A DNA stretch of 63,272 nucleotides from Neophaeotheca triangularis (Eukaryota), in contig BAAIJX010000023.1 in NCBI GenBank assembly GCA_054600435.1, positions 310,001 to 373,272 of the forward strand. The letters are read 5' to 3'. Made by a program: the position numbers and the translations under genes. This document shows, piece by piece, positions 63,152-63,272 of this stretch. Under the pieces are notes generated by a model. That model was not told the origin of the DNA. It was given only the letters and a program-made list of their open reading frames with translations, and did no database searches. Numbering within the stretch: position 1 is the first letter of the stretch; every line of letters begins with the position of its first letter.

Positions 63152-63272
63152 TAGGGTTAGGGTTAGGGTTAGGGTTAGGGTTAGGGTTAGGGTTAGGGTT
63201 AGGGTTAGGGTTAGGGTTAGGGTTAGGGTTAGGGTTAGGGTTAGGGTTAGGGTTAGGGTTAGGGTTAGGGTT
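63152..63272 (+). repeat. Telomere (TTAGGG)n
   Basis: TAGGG, then 19 perfect TTAGGG units, then TT at the window end. Confidence 0.99.

Overview
Right-hand end of a filamentous ascomycete chromosome, probably a Dothideomycete (inferred from intron signals, gene content and RIP). The window has three zones. (1) About 1-31.5 kb holds conserved core genes: SPT8, an Hrr1/SAD-3-like RNAi helicase, CDC37, a GMC oxidase, an SRR1-domain gene, an isochorismatase, MCC-alpha, TPA1, a MARVEL gene and a GYP2-like RabGAP. (2) About 31.9-49.1 kb holds accessory-type genes, some decaying: Fe-ADH, esterases, a lectin/coiled-coil gene, a secreted protein, HET, GH31 and a Zn2Cys6 factor. (3) From about 49.4 kb to the end is a RIP-mutated stack of three nested Ty3/gypsy LTR retrotransposons, capped directly by (TTAGGG)n. 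The main finding is in the youngest element (minus strand, Ylt1-like pol). Between integrase and its PPT/3' LTR it carries a third ORF of about 1020 codons. After reversing RIP changes by hand, the ORF's C-terminal part reads as a PhyH-like 2OG-Fe(II) dioxygenase. The element also carries 10 copies of a 25-bp palindrome spread over its LTR, the ORF3 upstream region and pol. Together these are a candidate transposon-encoded anti-silencing or modification system. Translations of RIP-damaged DNA were done manually and no database searches were run.
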